From the NCBI GenBank assembly GCA_051746405.1, contig JBNJFB010000020.1, positions 1 to 42,307 on the forward strand: DNA of 42,307 nucleotides, given 5' to 3'. Position numbers and translations under genes: made by a program. Below the pieces are notes generated by a model. It had not been told where the DNA came from. It saw only the letters and a program-made list of their open reading frames with translations, and ran no database searches. This document shows, one piece after another, positions 9,544 to 21,853 of this stretch. The stretch comes from Campylobacterota bacterium. Its GTDB lineage: Bacteria; Campylobacterota; Campylobacteria; Campylobacterales; Arcobacteraceae. Within the stretch, counting starts at the first letter, position 1, and the number at the start of each line of letters is the position of its first letter.

Positions 9544-10611
9544 ATGAAGAAATCAGTCTACTTATTTTTATTTATTAATATAGTTTTCTTGCTAAATGCA
9601 AATGCAGCAAGAAACTTATACTTGTCATATATAGACAAACCCTCTTTAGTTTATGAAAATCAGCGTTTTGAAGTGGTTATTAAAGCTTTGGTTACCACTT
9701 CAAAGTTTGATAACTTAGAAGTGAGTTTTGAAAATGGAACAGTTCAACCACTTAATTTTAGTAGTGAGTGGGAAGAACAGAGTAATAATGTTTTTATAAA
9801 TAGTTATATTTTTAAAGCAAATACAAAAGATTTAAGACTACCTGATTTTAAAATTTTGTTAAAAAAAGAAGAAGAGGTTGTAGATAGTACTGTATTGGAA
9901 GGTTTTAAAATAGAAGTTTCTGATATTGCAATAGGAGATGAAAAGTTTTCAGATGTAATTGCACAGGACTTGAAACTTAAAGCCTATAAAACTAAACAGT
10001 ATAATAATAAAGAGTCTTTAACAATTATTGATTTAGATGCAACACAATCTAATTTAGAAGATTTTAATCTAAAAGAGATTGAAGAACAAGGTATTTATAA
10101 ACTAAATAGAGATAAATTAAAACAAAATTTAGTTTACTATTTTGTAACTCCTGTACATGAAAAAAAAGTATCATTTACATATTATAGTACTAAAACAAAA
10201 AGTCTAATAGATGTAACCATACCTTTGATTTTACAAAATGAGCTAGTGAGTACTCAAACTGATTTAAACCCAAATGATTCAAGTTTTGAGAAGTATAAAA
10301 AAATTGCAGTGGGTGTACTGTTTTTAATATTTTTAACACTATATGTTATAAAACGAAATAAAACCCTACTTTTTCTTACAATTATTTTATTTATAATAGC
10401 TGCAATTTATCTAAAGCCAAATAGTACTGGAATTATAAAAAAAGATTCATCTGTATATATTTTACCAACAAAAAACTCTACAATCTTTTTTAAATTAAAG
10501 AAAAATGAAAAGGTAGAGGTTTTAAATAGTAAAAAAGAGTTTATAAAAGTTATGGGAGTAGAGAATAAATTTATAGGATGGGTTAAGGAAGATAATTTTG
10601 AAAAAAATTAG
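9544..10611 (+). CDS. Exported/membrane protein with C-terminal SH3b-like domain
   Basis: Start revised to the ATG at 9544 (signal peptide MKKSVYLFLF..ANA). Two TM helices near the C-terminus, then an SH3-like ..KVEVL..FIKV..IGWVK. Confidence 0.65.
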   Translation: MKKSVYLFLFINIVFLLNANAARNLYLSYIDKPSLVYENQRFEVVIKALVTTSKFDNLEVSFENGTVQPLNFSSEWEEQSNNVFINSYIFKANTKDLRLPDFKILLKKEEEVVDSTVLEGFKIEVSDIAIGDEKFSDVIAQDLKLKAYKTKQYNNKESLTIIDLDATQSNLEDFNLKEIEEQGIYKLNRDKLKQNLVYYFVTPVHEKKVSFTYYSTKTKSLIDVTIPLILQNELVSTQTDLNPNDSSFEKYKKIAVGVLFLIFLTLYVIKRNKTLLFLTIILFIIAAIYLKPNSTGIIKKDSSVYILPTKNSTIFFKLKKNEKVEVLNSKKEFIKVMGVENKFIGWVKEDNFEKN

Positions 10612-11281
10612 AGGTATATTAGTAGTAATACAGTTTTCAATAACTGTTGCTATTACAGTTCTTGCAATGTATATGTTTAGAAACCATACTCATAAAGTTA
10701 TAAAGACTTGGATGAAGTTTCAAATGATGGTACTTGGAATTAAGCTAGAGTTTGAGGGTGAGCTTGATGAAAGTTGTGATATGATTTTGATGAATCATCA
10801 AAGTCTATTAGATATTATCGTTATGGAGTATATTCACTCAAGAGATCTTGCCTGGGTTGCAAAAAGAGAGCTTACTGATCTTTTTTTCTTTGGTCATATT
10901 ATAAAAGCCCCAAGAATGATCTCAATTGATAGGGAGAATAAAGCTGGAATTATTCACCTTTTAAAAGAAACAAAAGATAGATTAAGTAAGGGCAGACCTA
11001 TAGCTATGTTTCCTGAGGGAACTAGGTCTGATGGGACTAAACTTTTAAAGTTTAGACCTGGGGCTAAAATGGTAGCGAATAAATACAATTTAAAAGTTCA
11101 AGCTGCTTTACTTTTTAATACAAGAGAAATACTGGATTCAAAAAAAATAGAGTCTTCTCCAGGAGTGGTAAAGGTAAAGTTTCTAAAACCAGTTATTGCC
11201 CATAAAAAAACTTCATGGTTTGAAGATTTAGAAGAAGAAATGAACAAATATTTTCTTGAAGAAAATAATAAAAGTAAATAG
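10598..11281 (+). CDS. plsC: 1-acyl-sn-glycerol-3-phosphate acyltransferase
   Basis: NHQSLLD, VAKREL, IDR and FPEGTRS motifs. Confidence 0.92.
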   Translation: MKKIRGILVVIQFSITVAITVLAMYMFRNHTHKVIKTWMKFQMMVLGIKLEFEGELDESCDMILMNHQSLLDIIVMEYIHSRDLAWVAKRELTDLFFFGHIIKAPRMISIDRENKAGIIHLLKETKDRLSKGRPIAMFPEGTRSDGTKLLKFRPGAKMVANKYNLKVQAALLFNTREILDSKKIESSPGVVKVKFLKPVIAHKKTSWFEDLEEEMNKYFLEENNKSK

Positions 11282-11282
11282 A

Positions 11283-11669
11283 GTGACATTTACCTGGCAA
11301 GCTGTTTTAGCAATAGGTTTTGGTGGATTTTTAGGTGCAGTTTTTAGGGCTTATATTGTACATTTTGCAAATAGATATGTACCCCTTGAATTACCTCTTG
11401 GGGTTTTATTAGTGAATGTTATAGGTTCATTTCTTATTGGGATAGTTTTTGCATATATTAATCACTATAATATGTCAGAGACAACAAAGCTATTTTTAAC
11501 TACTGGCTTTTTAGGAGCAATGACTACATACTCTACTTTTGCAATTGAATCATACTTTTTATTAAGTACTTCACTTTATTTAGCCATACTAAATATGGCA
11601 TTAAATCTTTTTGGAACAATTATAGCTGCAGCCATAGGATACAAGATACTTTCACTGTTTATTAAATAA
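11283..11669 (+). CDS. crcB: Fluoride efflux channel CrcB/FluC
   Basis: GGFLGAVFR, VNVIGSFLIG and TGFLGAMTTYSTF. Start probably the GTG at 11283. Confidence 0.93.
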   Translation: MTFTWQAVLAIGFGGFLGAVFRAYIVHFANRYVPLELPLGVLLVNVIGSFLIGIVFAYINHYNMSETTKLFLTTGFLGAMTTYSTFAIESYFLLSTSLYLAILNMALNLFGTIIAAAIGYKILSLFIK

Positions 11670-11732
11670 GTAAAAAAATTTAAGGATTAAAAAGTTATAA
11701 TATCTGTAAATTTATTGTAGAAGGAAATTATT

Positions 11733-11978
11733 ATGGGTATGCCAGGTGGTATGGAATGGATTTTAATAGCATTAGTTGTATTACTATTGTTCGGAGGTAA
11801 AAAAATACCAGAACTTGCAAAAGGTTTAGGTTCAGGGATTAAGAATTTCAAAAATGCAGTTAAAGAAGATGAGGAAGAGGAAGTAGCACAAACAAAAAAA
11901 GCAGATGAGTTAGAGAAAAAAGATGAAACTACAGCTACTACCAAAGAAGATGAAAAAGATAAAACAAAAACAGTATAA
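11733..11978 (+). CDS. tatA: Twin-arginine translocase TatA/E
   Basis: [23 protein letters not shown] with a charged tail. Confidence 0.95.
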   Translation: MGMPGGMEWILIALVVLLLFGGKKIPELAKGLGSGIKNFKNAVKEDEEEEVAQTKKADELEKKDETTATTKEDEKDKTKTV

Positions 11979-11987
11979 GAGAGAAAA

Positions 11988-13577
11988 TTGCAAAAATTAG
12001 TAAAAAAACATATTGAAGAAATATTAGAACTTGAAGTTGTTTTAGAAAAACCAAAAGATTTGTCATTGGGGCATTTTGCTACTCCTGTTTGTTTCTCTTT
12101 AGCAAAAGAGTACAGAAAATCACCAATGGTAATTGCTGAAGACTTAGCATCAAAATTTGATAAATCTTATATGTTTGAAGAGGTGAGTGCATTAAAAGGT
12201 TTTATTAACTTTAGACTATCAACAGAGTTTTTAGATGAGTTAGTAAATAACTCTTTAAAGCAGGGCTTAGATTTTGCAAAAGATGAAAGTCAAAAGGAAA
12301 AGATACTATTAGAGTATGTTTCTGCAAATCCAACAGGTCCTCTTCATATAGGACATGCTAGAGGTGCTATTTTTGGAGATACCTTATATAAAGTTGGAAC
12401 ACATCTAGGCTATGATATTACAACGGAATACTATATAAATGATGCAGGTGCACAAATGGATCTTTTAGGTCTATCTGTTGCTTTAGCTGCAAGGGATTTC
12501 ATATTTGGTGAAGATGTAAGTTATCCTGAAACTTACTATAGAGGTGACTATTTAATTGATATTGCTAAAATAGTTATTGATAAGTTTGGAAAAGAAGTTA
12601 TTTATGATGAGTTAAGATATAAAGAGATTGCTTTTTTTGCTAAAGATTTAGTGATGGACATAATAATAAAAGATTTAAAAGATTTGAATGTGGAGTTTGA
12701 AAACTTTGTATCTGAAAAGTCACTATATACACAATGGGAAGATGTAAAAGCTATCTTAAATAAAAACGACAGTTTATATGAAAAAGATGGAAAACTATTT
12801 TTAAAGTCATCAGTGCATGGTGATGATAATGATAGAGTAGTAGTAAGAGATAATAATATACCAACTTATTTAGCAGGTGATATAATATATCATAAAGATA
12901 AGTTTGACAGAGATTTTGATAGATATATAAATATTTGGGGTGCGGATCACCATGGATATATTAAAAGAGTCAAGTCTTCAATTGAGTTTTTAGGAAATGA
13001 TTCTTCAAAGTTAGAGATTATTCTATCACAAATGGTTCAGCTTTTAAAAGGTGGTGAACCTTATAAAATGTCTAAAAGAGCTGGTAATGTGATTCTTATG
13101 TCAGATATTGTTGAAGAGATTGGTTCTGATGCTTTAAGATTTATCTTCTTAACAAAAAAAAGTGATACTCACTTGGATTTTGATATTGATACATTAAAAA
13201 ATCATGACTCAACAAATCCAATTTTTTATATTAACTATGCACATGCTAGAATATGTCAGGTTTTAAGTAAAGCTAATACTACACAAGAAGAAATAGAAAG
13301 TGAGAAATTTAATAATTTAAATAAAGATTCGCTAAACTTAGTTTATGAATCACTTCTACTTCAAAATGTTTTAAGTGAAGCATTCTTAAAAAAAGATATG
13401 CAAAAAATTACTGAGTATTTATACTCATTAGCTTCAAGTGTTCATAGGTTTTATAATGAGCATAAAGTATTAGGTAGTGATGAGCAAAATAGATATTTAA
13501 AAGTACTTAGTATGGCTAAATTAACTATTAAAGTTGGTTTATCACTATTAGGTATTAATGCTAAGGAGAAAATGTAA
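11988..13577 (+). CDS. argS: Arginine-tRNA ligase
   Basis: EYVSANPTGPLHIGHARG, WGADHHGY, KMSKRAG and YAHAR. Confidence 0.97.
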   Translation: MQKLVKKHIEEILELEVVLEKPKDLSLGHFATPVCFSLAKEYRKSPMVIAEDLASKFDKSYMFEEVSALKGFINFRLSTEFLDELVNNSLKQGLDFAKDESQKEKILLEYVSANPTGPLHIGHARGAIFGDTLYKVGTHLGYDITTEYYINDAGAQMDLLGLSVALAARDFIFGEDVSYPETYYRGDYLIDIAKIVIDKFGKEVIYDELRYKEIAFFAKDLVMDIIIKDLKDLNVEFENFVSEKSLYTQWEDVKAILNKNDSLYEKDGKLFLKSSVHGDDNDRVVVRDNNIPTYLAGDIIYHKDKFDRDFDRYINIWGADHHGYIKRVKSSIEFLGNDSSKLEIILSQMVQLLKGGEPYKMSKRAGNVILMSDIVEEIGSDALRFIFLTKKSDTHLDFDIDTLKNHDSTNPIFYINYAHARICQVLSKANTTQEEIESEKFNNLNKDSLNLVYESLLLQNVLSEAFLKKDMQKITEYLYSLASSVHRFYNEHKVLGSDEQNRYLKVLSMAKLTIKVGLSLLGINAKEKM

Positions 13578-13696
13578 TGAAATGGTTTATAGTTATTTTT
13601 GCTTTAGTTATTGGTATTGCTATAATAACTGGATATACAGGTGGTGCAAAAGATGCTGCTAGTAATTATGGAAAAATCATGAGAGGAGGGGAGTAG
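13577..13696 (+). CDS. Small 39-aa single-TM protein (not in the ORF track)
   Basis: ATG overlaps the argS stop (TAATG), AAGGAG at 13563-13568. Translation MKWFIVIFALVIGIAIITGYTGGAKDAASNYGKIMRGGE*. Confidence 0.7.
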   Translation: MKWFIVIFALVIGIAIITGYTGGAKDAASNYGKIMRGGE

Positions 13697-13709
13697 TAGT
13701 TAACTCTCC

Positions 13710-14033
13710 TTACTTATTACTATCAAGTTGACTTAAAAACTCTTCAAGTGAGTACTTCTCTCTAGCTTCTTCGCTCATTAAGTTAATAAACATATCACCT
13801 AAATCACAAATAGTCCAATTATCATCTTCATCAACTCTCAAAAACTCTTCACCTAAAGGTTTAAGTCCATTTTTTAAATAATTTAACAAAGATGTTGCAT
13901 GTTTTGTATTTAAAGTAGTTGCAATAACCACATAATCTACAATATACTCTTTTGACTGTAAATCAATTATCTCAACATTTTCTGCTTTTTTCTCTTCTAG
14001 GATCTGTTTTATTGTCTCTAATCTTCTATTCAA
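13710..14033 (-). CDS. rsfS: Ribosome silencing factor
   Basis: LEEKKAENV, DYVVIAT, WTICDLGD and REKYSLE. Confidence 0.92.
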   Translation of the reverse strand: MNRRLETIKQILEEKKAENVEIIDLQSKEYIVDYVVIATTLNTKHATSLLNYLKNGLKPLGEEFLRVDEDDNWTICDLGDMFINLMSEEAREKYSLEEFLSQLDSNK

Positions 14034-14043
14034 AATTTACCTT

Positions 14044-14568
14044 TTATTTAAATTCTTCTTTTATTTTTTCAGGGATAAAATCTAAATTGATGTTATCTCT
14101 AAGTTTTGTGGAACTAATATCAATGTTAACATTTAAAACTTTAAAGTCTTTGTTAATATCTAAGTTATATCCAGGCCTGGTTACGATTATAAACTCAACT
14201 AACTCTTTAAGTTCGTCTATTTTGTACCATTTATCTAAATTTTCTAAGTTGTCTTCCCCAATAATTAAATATATCTTTGATGGATTATATAATTTTTTTA
14301 GATATAAAACTGTCTTAATTGAAGGAACTTTTCTGTTTTGTTTTATTTCAAAGTCACAGATATCTATTTTATCATTTGCATAAAAAGTTTTAACAAGAAG
14401 TTCATATCTTTTTTTAGGAGATAAATCGTAACTACTCTTAAAAGGGTTTAAATACGTAGGCACAATTTCTAGTTTATCGATATCAAAACTATCTATTGCC
14501 TTATAAACTATTTGTTCATGGGCTATATGAACAGGATCAAAACTGCCACCAAAAATCGCTAAATTCAC
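14044..14568 (-). CDS. nadD: Nicotinate-nucleotide adenylyltransferase
   Basis: IFGGSFDPVHIAH, LIIGED, W and ISSTKLR; adjacent to rsfS. Confidence 0.93.
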   Translation of the reverse strand: MNLAIFGGSFDPVHIAHEQIVYKAIDSFDIDKLEIVPTYLNPFKSSYDLSPKKRYELLVKTFYANDKIDICDFEIKQNRKVPSIKTVLYLKKLYNPSKIYLIIGEDNLENLDKWYKIDELKELVEFIIVTRPGYNLDINKDFKVLNVNIDISSTKLRDNINLDFIPEKIKEEFK

Positions 14569-14602
14569 CTAGATAAAACCTTTTTAAATATACTTAAATA
14601 TT

Positions 14603-14611
14603 ATTATAGCA
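14603..14611 (-). promoter_or_regulatory. Extended -10 sigma70 promoter of nadD-rsfS
   Basis: TGCTATAAT on the minus strand, about 35 nt upstream of the nadD start. Confidence 0.6.
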
Positions 14612-14655
14612 ACTTTTAGATAAAATATCTACAAATAAGATAAAAAAGGGAAGAT

Positions 14656-15648
14656 ATGGCTGTTAAGGTTGCAATTAATGGACTAGGTAGAATTGGAAGA
14701 TGTGTTGCTAAAATTGTAGCAAGTAGAGATGATGTTGAATTAGTAGCTGTAAATGCAAGTGGAAGCGAAGAGATGATTCAATATAACTTGAAGTATGACA
14801 CAGTTCATGGAAATGAAGATGTAACTGTAAAAGATGGTTTTGTATGTATTGGAAATGATAAAGCTAAATTACTAAATCAAAGAGACCCAGCAAAATTAAA
14901 TTTTGTAGATTATGGAGCAGAGGTCGTTTTAGAATGTACAGGTGCATTTTTAACAACGCAAGCTTGTCAAGCATACATAGATAGTGGAATCAAAAAAGTT
15001 GTGATGAGTGCCCCTGCAAAAGATGACACTCCAACATTTGTAATTGGTGCAAATGAAGATAAGTATGCAGGTGAAGCTATAGTTTCAAATGCTTCTTGTA
15101 CAACAAATGGTTTAGCACCAGTTGCTAAAGTATTAGATGATGCTTTTGGAATAGAAAAAGGTTTAATGACAACAATTCACTCATACACAAGTTCTCAACC
15201 AATATTAGATGCGAAACATAAAAAAGACCCAAGAAAAGGAAGAGCAGGTGCTACAAACTTAACACCTGCTAGTACAGGTGCTGCAAAGGCTATTGGAAAA
15301 GTTATGCCCCATTTAAATGGAAAATTAAATGGTCAAGCTATTAGAGTACCTACTGCAAATGTCTCTTTAGTTGATTTAACAGTTACATTAAATAAAGAAG
15401 TAACACTACAAGAAGTTACAGATGCGTTTAAAGATGCCTCGACAAATAAACTAAAAGGTATTTTAGGTGTTGATGAAGAGTATAGAGTTAGTTCTGACTT
15501 TATAGGAGAGCCTTTATCTACAGTTGTTCCTTTAGATACTTTACAAGTAATTGAAGGAAATATGGTTAAGGTATTATCATGGTATGATAATGAGTGGGGT
15601 TACTCAACAAGATTAGTTGATATGGGTGTACACGTAGCAACAAACTAA
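14656..15648 (+). CDS. gap: Glyceraldehyde-3-phosphate dehydrogenase
   Basis: [24 protein letters not shown] and WYDNEWGYS. Confidence 0.97.
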   Translation: MAVKVAINGLGRIGRCVAKIVASRDDVELVAVNASGSEEMIQYNLKYDTVHGNEDVTVKDGFVCIGNDKAKLLNQRDPAKLNFVDYGAEVVLECTGAFLTTQACQAYIDSGIKKVVMSAPAKDDTPTFVIGANEDKYAGEAIVSNASCTTNGLAPVAKVLDDAFGIEKGLMTTIHSYTSSQPILDAKHKKDPRKGRAGATNLTPASTGAAKAIGKVMPHLNGKLNGQAIRVPTANVSLVDLTVTLNKEVTLQEVTDAFKDASTNKLKGILGVDEEYRVSSDFIGEPLSTVVPLDTLQVIEGNMVKVLSWYDNEWGYSTRLVDMGVHVATN

Positions 15649-15659
15649 AAGGATGGATA

Positions 15660-16856
15660 TTGAAATTACAAGAGATAAAAAATATTGATATTGCAGGTAA
15701 AAGAGTCTTTATTAGATGTGATTTTAATGTACCAATGGATGAGTACAATAATATTACGGATGATAGAAGAATAAAAAGTGCATTAAATACTATTAGATAT
15801 TGTATTGATAATGATTGTACAGTTATTTTAGCAAGTCACTTTGGTAGGCCTAAAAATGGTTTTGAAGAGAAGTTTTCTTTAAAACCAATTGCTAAAAGAC
15901 TGCATACACTTTTAAAGCAAGAGATAAAAATGGCTCCTGGGGTAGTTTGTGATGATACAGTATCAATGGCATCATCTTTAAAAGCAGGGGAGATTATGCT
16001 TTTAGAAAATATGCGATTTGAAGCAGGTGAGACAAAAAATGATGAGCAATTAAGTGCTAAACTAGCTTCAATGGCTGATGTTTATGTAAATGATGCATTT
16101 GGTGTATCACATAGAGCCCATGCATCAGTTGAGGGTATTGCTCAACATTTTGATATTCAAAATAAAGCAGCTGGATTTTTACTATCAAAAGAGATTACAT
16201 TTTTTTACCATATTGTAAATGAACCAAAAAGACCTTTTGTATCAGTTGTAGGTGGTTCTAAAGTTTCAGGGAAGTTAGAAGCACTTTATAATCTTGTACC
16301 AAAAGTAGATAAAATTTTAATAGGTGGAGGTATGGCCTTTACTTTTCTAAAGGCTTTAGGACATGATGTTGGAAACTCTTTAGTTGAAGATGATTTGATA
16401 GAAGAGGCTTTAAAAATAATACAAGAAGCAAAATCTTTAGGTGTAAAACTATACTTACCTGTAGATGTTGTAGCAGCAGAAGCGTTTGATGCAGAAGCTT
16501 TTGCAAAACCAACAACAATCCAAGAGATACCAAAAGGTTGGATGGGACTTGATATTGGTCCTGCAACAGCGTTATTGTTTTCTCAAGCACTTGAAGATGC
16601 ACATACAATTCTATGGAATGGTCCAATGGGAGTTTATGAAATGGATAAATTTGCAAAAGGTAGTACAAAAATTTCACATGCAATAGCTAACTCTTATGCA
16701 ACAACTGTAGTTGGTGGTGGGGATACTGCTGATTTAGTTAGAGTTACAGGTGATGAGGATGAAATGACATTTATTAGTACAGGTGGTGGTGCATCGCTTG
16801 AGTTAATTGAAGGAAAAGTATTACCAGGGGTAAAAGCACTTTTAATTGAGGAATAA
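15660..16856 (+). CDS. pgk: Phosphoglycerate kinase
   Basis: RCDFNVP, SHFGRP, NDAFG..HRAH, WNGPMG and STGGGASLE. Confidence 0.97.
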   Translation: MKLQEIKNIDIAGKRVFIRCDFNVPMDEYNNITDDRRIKSALNTIRYCIDNDCTVILASHFGRPKNGFEEKFSLKPIAKRLHTLLKQEIKMAPGVVCDDTVSMASSLKAGEIMLLENMRFEAGETKNDEQLSAKLASMADVYVNDAFGVSHRAHASVEGIAQHFDIQNKAAGFLLSKEITFFYHIVNEPKRPFVSVVGGSKVSGKLEALYNLVPKVDKILIGGGMAFTFLKALGHDVGNSLVEDDLIEEALKIIQEAKSLGVKLYLPVDVVAAEAFDAEAFAKPTTIQEIPKGWMGLDIGPATALLFSQALEDAHTILWNGPMGVYEMDKFAKGSTKISHAIANSYATTVVGGGDTADLVRVTGDEDEMTFISTGGGASLELIEGKVLPGVKALLIEE

Positions 16857-16889
16857 ACTATATATAAAAGTTTAAAATAAAGGAAATTT

Positions 16890-18418
<1,529 letters not shown>

Positions 18419-18421
18419 AAA

Positions 18422-19630
18422 ATGAATATAGATTTTAAAAAGTTAGCTACAAAGTATAAAACTCCTTACTATGTGTATGATTTTGATTATATTACAAAGC
18501 AGTATAATGAGTTAAAAGGTGCGTTTAAAGCAAGAAAATCATTAGTTGCATATGCAGTAAAAGCAAATTCAAACCTATCTGTTATTAAACACTTAGCAAA
18601 CCTTGGAGCGGGTGCTGATTGTGTTTCTATAGGTGAGGTTAAAAGAGCTTTAAAAGTTGGAATAAAACCATACAACATAATATTTTCAGGTGTGGGAAAG
18701 TGTGATGATGAGATAAAAGAGGCTTTAGAGCTTGGTATTTTGATGATAAATGTTGAAAGTGCAGCTGAACTTGATAGGGTTGAGTTAATATCAAAGCAGT
18801 TAGATAAAAAAGCAAGAATTTCAGTAAGAGTAAATCCAAATATTGACCCACAAACTCATCCATATATCTCAACAGGACTTCATGAAAATAAGTTTGGTGT
18901 TGATATTGATACTGCAAAAAGAATGTATATACAGTGTAAAAATAGTGATTTTTTAGAACCTGTAGGAATTCATTGTCATATTGGTTCTCAACTAACACAA
19001 CTTGAACCAATAAAAGAGGCTGTTAAGATTGTTTCAGATTTAGTAAAAAACCTAAATGCACTAAAAATAGAGTTAAAGTTTTTTGATGTTGGTGGTGGCT
19101 TAGGTATAGTTTATGATGATGAAAAATTAATAGATACTAATGAGTATGCTCAAACTATTTTAGAGGTACTATTTGGTTTAGATATTACAGTAGTTTGTGA
19201 ACCTGGAAGATTTTTAGTTGGAAACTCAGGTGTTTTTGTAACTAAAGTGCTTTATGAGAAGATAAATGGTGAAAAAAGATTTGTAGTAGTTGATGGTGCT
19301 ATGAATGATTTGATTAGGCCATCTTTATATGATGCATACCATAAAATAGAGGTTTTAGATAAAAGTGAAGATAAATCTGCATGTAATATTGTAGGTCCTG
19401 TATGTGAAAGTGGAGACTTTTTTGGTAAAAATATTGATTTACCAAAAACACAACATAATGATTTAGTTGCTATTTATAGTGCAGGGGCTTACTGTTTTAC
19501 AATGGCAAGCAACTATAACACAAGGGCTAAAGTAGCTGAAATTGCTATTGAAAATGGTAATGATAGGTTAATTAGAAGAAGAGAAGAGTTTGAAGATTTA
19601 ATAGCCCATGAAGAAGAGTTTATAAAATAG
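18422..19630 (+). CDS. lysA: Diaminopimelate decarboxylase
   Basis: YAVKANSN, KFG, HIGSQ, EPGR, GPVCESGD and SNYN. Confidence 0.96.
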   Translation: MNIDFKKLATKYKTPYYVYDFDYITKQYNELKGAFKARKSLVAYAVKANSNLSVIKHLANLGAGADCVSIGEVKRALKVGIKPYNIIFSGVGKCDDEIKEALELGILMINVESAAELDRVELISKQLDKKARISVRVNPNIDPQTHPYISTGLHENKFGVDIDTAKRMYIQCKNSDFLEPVGIHCHIGSQLTQLEPIKEAVKIVSDLVKNLNALKIELKFFDVGGGLGIVYDDEKLIDTNEYAQTILEVLFGLDITVVCEPGRFLVGNSGVFVTKVLYEKINGEKRFVVVDGAMNDLIRPSLYDAYHKIEVLDKSEDKSACNIVGPVCESGDFFGKNIDLPKTQHNDLVAIYSAGAYCFTMASNYNTRAKVAEIAIENGNDRLIRRREEFEDLIAHEEEFIK

Positions 19631-19654
19631 ATATATTCTAATAAAAGGATACAA

Positions 19655-20722
19655 ATGAGTGAAGCTGGATTAAATGAACTAAGACAAAAGTTAGATAATA
19701 TTGACTCTAAACTTTTAGAATTAGTAAATGATAGAATGGATATTGTGCATCAAGTTGGTTTGTTAAAAGCTAAAAGTGGTGGTGCGATATACAGACCTGA
19801 AAGGGAAAAGGCTATTATCGATAGATTAGAAAAAATCAATAAAGGTAAGTTGACTAGAACAGCAATTGAAGCTCTGTTTTTAGAAATATTTGCTATTTCA
19901 AGAAACCTTGAATTGCCTGAAAATGTTGCTTATTTAGGACCTGAGGGAAGTTTCACTCATCAAGCAGCTGAGGGTAGATTTGGAGCCATGAGCTCTTATG
20001 TATCTATTTCATCTATAAAAGGTATCTTTAGGGAAGTTAATACAAAAAAAGCTAAATTTGGTGTGGTTCCTATTGAGAACTCATCAAATGGAATTGTAAC
20101 AGATACTATAAACTCATTTAGTAAGTATGATTTAAAAATTGTTGCAGAGGTTGTTTTAGATATTCATCATACATTAGCTAGTACTTGTGATAAAATAGAG
20201 AATATAAGAAGAATCTACTCAAAAGATATAGCTTTTGAGCAGTGTAGAAGATTTCTATCAAATTTTGGTTTAGATGAAGTTGAGTTAATACCAATTGAAT
20301 CAACAACAAAAGCAGCAAAACTAGCAGCAAAAGAGCCATATAGTGCAGCAATTTGTCCACATGTGGGTGCAAAACTCCATAATTTGCCAATTTTATTTGA
20401 AAATATTGAAGATAAAGATAACAATAAAACTAGATTTTTTATAATAAGTGATTTTGAAAATGCCCCTTCTAATAATGATAAAACATCAGTTTTAGTAGAG
20501 TTGCCTGATAAGCAAGGTGCATTAGTTGAGTTTCTAAATGATTTCAATAATGCAGGTATTAACTTAACAAAAATTAAATCACATATTGTAGAGGGTAACT
20601 CTATATTTTTCATAGATTTTGATGGACACAAAGATGATGAACATGTGAAATATGTACTACAAAAGCACAATAAAACAGTTAAAGTATTAGGCTCATATGT
20701 AAAAGAGATAAATGATATATAA
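19655..20722 (+). CDS. pheA: Chorismate mutase/prephenate dehydratase
   Basis: N-terminal CM domain (LRQKLDNID..RPERE), YLGPEGSF, PIENSSNG, NKTRF and an ACT domain. Confidence 0.95.
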   Translation: MSEAGLNELRQKLDNIDSKLLELVNDRMDIVHQVGLLKAKSGGAIYRPEREKAIIDRLEKINKGKLTRTAIEALFLEIFAISRNLELPENVAYLGPEGSFTHQAAEGRFGAMSSYVSISSIKGIFREVNTKKAKFGVVPIENSSNGIVTDTINSFSKYDLKIVAEVVLDIHHTLASTCDKIENIRRIYSKDIAFEQCRRFLSNFGLDEVELIPIESTTKAAKLAAKEPYSAAICPHVGAKLHNLPILFENIEDKDNNKTRFFIISDFENAPSNNDKTSVLVELPDKQGALVEFLNDFNNAGINLTKIKSHIVEGNSIFFIDFDGHKDDEHVKYVLQKHNKTVKVLGSYVKEINDI

Positions 20723-20736
20723 ATATAGGAACTATA

Positions 20737-21840
20737 ATGAAATTCAATAAACTATTAGATAATGTAACAACTTATGAAGCTGGTAAGCCAATAGAGTTAG
20801 TTGTAAGAGATTATGGAGTTGATCCAAAGGATATTATAAAATTAGCCTCTAATGAGAATCCATATGGAACATCACCAATGGTTACACAAAAGATAGAAAA
20901 GTTAGTAAAAAATATGTTTATATACCCTGATGATTCTATGTATGAATTAAAAAACTCTTTAGCTAATAAATTTGATGTAAAGCCAAATAATGTAATTATT
21001 GGTTCAGGAAGTGATCAAGTTATTGAGTTTTGTGTACATGCAAAATGTAGTGAAAACTCTAAAATGATTATGTCAAAAACAACTTTTGCTATGTATGAGA
21101 TTTATGGTAAGCAAACGGGTTGTGAAATAATAAAAACAAAAGATGATGAACATAACTTAGAACAGTTTTTAGAGCTTTATAAACAAAATGGTGCAGATAT
21201 TATATTTTTATGTTTACCTAATAATCCATTGGGTGAGTGTTTAAATAAAGATGATGTTTATAAGTTTTTAGAACAGATTGATAAAAACTGCTTAGTGGTT
21301 GTAGATGGTGCATATCAAGAGTATGCAGCATATAAAGATGAAAAGAAAAAGATTGATGCAAATGAATTAATCGAAAAGTTTCCAAACTGTATCTATTTAG
21401 GTACATTTTCTAAAGCTTATGCTTTAGGTGGAATGAGAGTTGGTTATGGTATTGCCAATGAAGAGATTATAGAAACATTATATAAGTTAAGAGCACCATT
21501 TAATATTACAACACTATCATTAGCAGCAGCCATAGAAGCTTTAAAAGATGAAAATTTTGTACAAGAGTGTATAAGTAAAAACTTTCAGCAAATGAAAAGA
21601 TATGAAGAGTTTGTAGTGGGAAATGGCTTTGAGTATATTGAGTCATACACAAACTTTATAACAATAAAATTAGATAAAAATATTAGTTCAAAAAAGCTTG
21701 CAAATGAGTTATTGCATAAAGGTGTTATTGTAAGGGATTTAACAAGTTATGGATTAAATGCCATAAGAATTACAATAGGAACACAAGAACAAAATACAAA
21801 AGTGTTTGAAATAATGCAAAAAGTATTGGAAAAAATATAA
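20737..21840 (+). CDS. hisC: Histidinol-phosphate aminotransferase
   Basis: KLASNENP, PNNPLG, DGAY and TFSKAYALGGMRVGY. Confidence 0.93.
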   Translation: MKFNKLLDNVTTYEAGKPIELVVRDYGVDPKDIIKLASNENPYGTSPMVTQKIEKLVKNMFIYPDDSMYELKNSLANKFDVKPNNVIIGSGSDQVIEFCVHAKCSENSKMIMSKTTFAMYEIYGKQTGCEIIKTKDDEHNLEQFLELYKQNGADIIFLCLPNNPLGECLNKDDVYKFLEQIDKNCLVVVDGAYQEYAAYKDEKKKIDANELIEKFPNCIYLGTFSKAYALGGMRVGYGIANEEIIETLYKLRAPFNITTLSLAAAIEALKDENFVQECISKNFQQMKRYEEFVVGNGFEYIESYTNFITIKLDKNISSKKLANELLHKGVIVRDLTSYGLNAIRITIGTQEQNTKVFEIMQKVLEKI

Positions 21841-21853
21841 TTAAGAATTTATT

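Noticed and set aside
11200..11283. Fluoride riboswitch upstream of crcB
   Set aside because: crcB starts 1 nt after the plsC stop, leaving no leader, and no GGCGATGG-type motif is visible.
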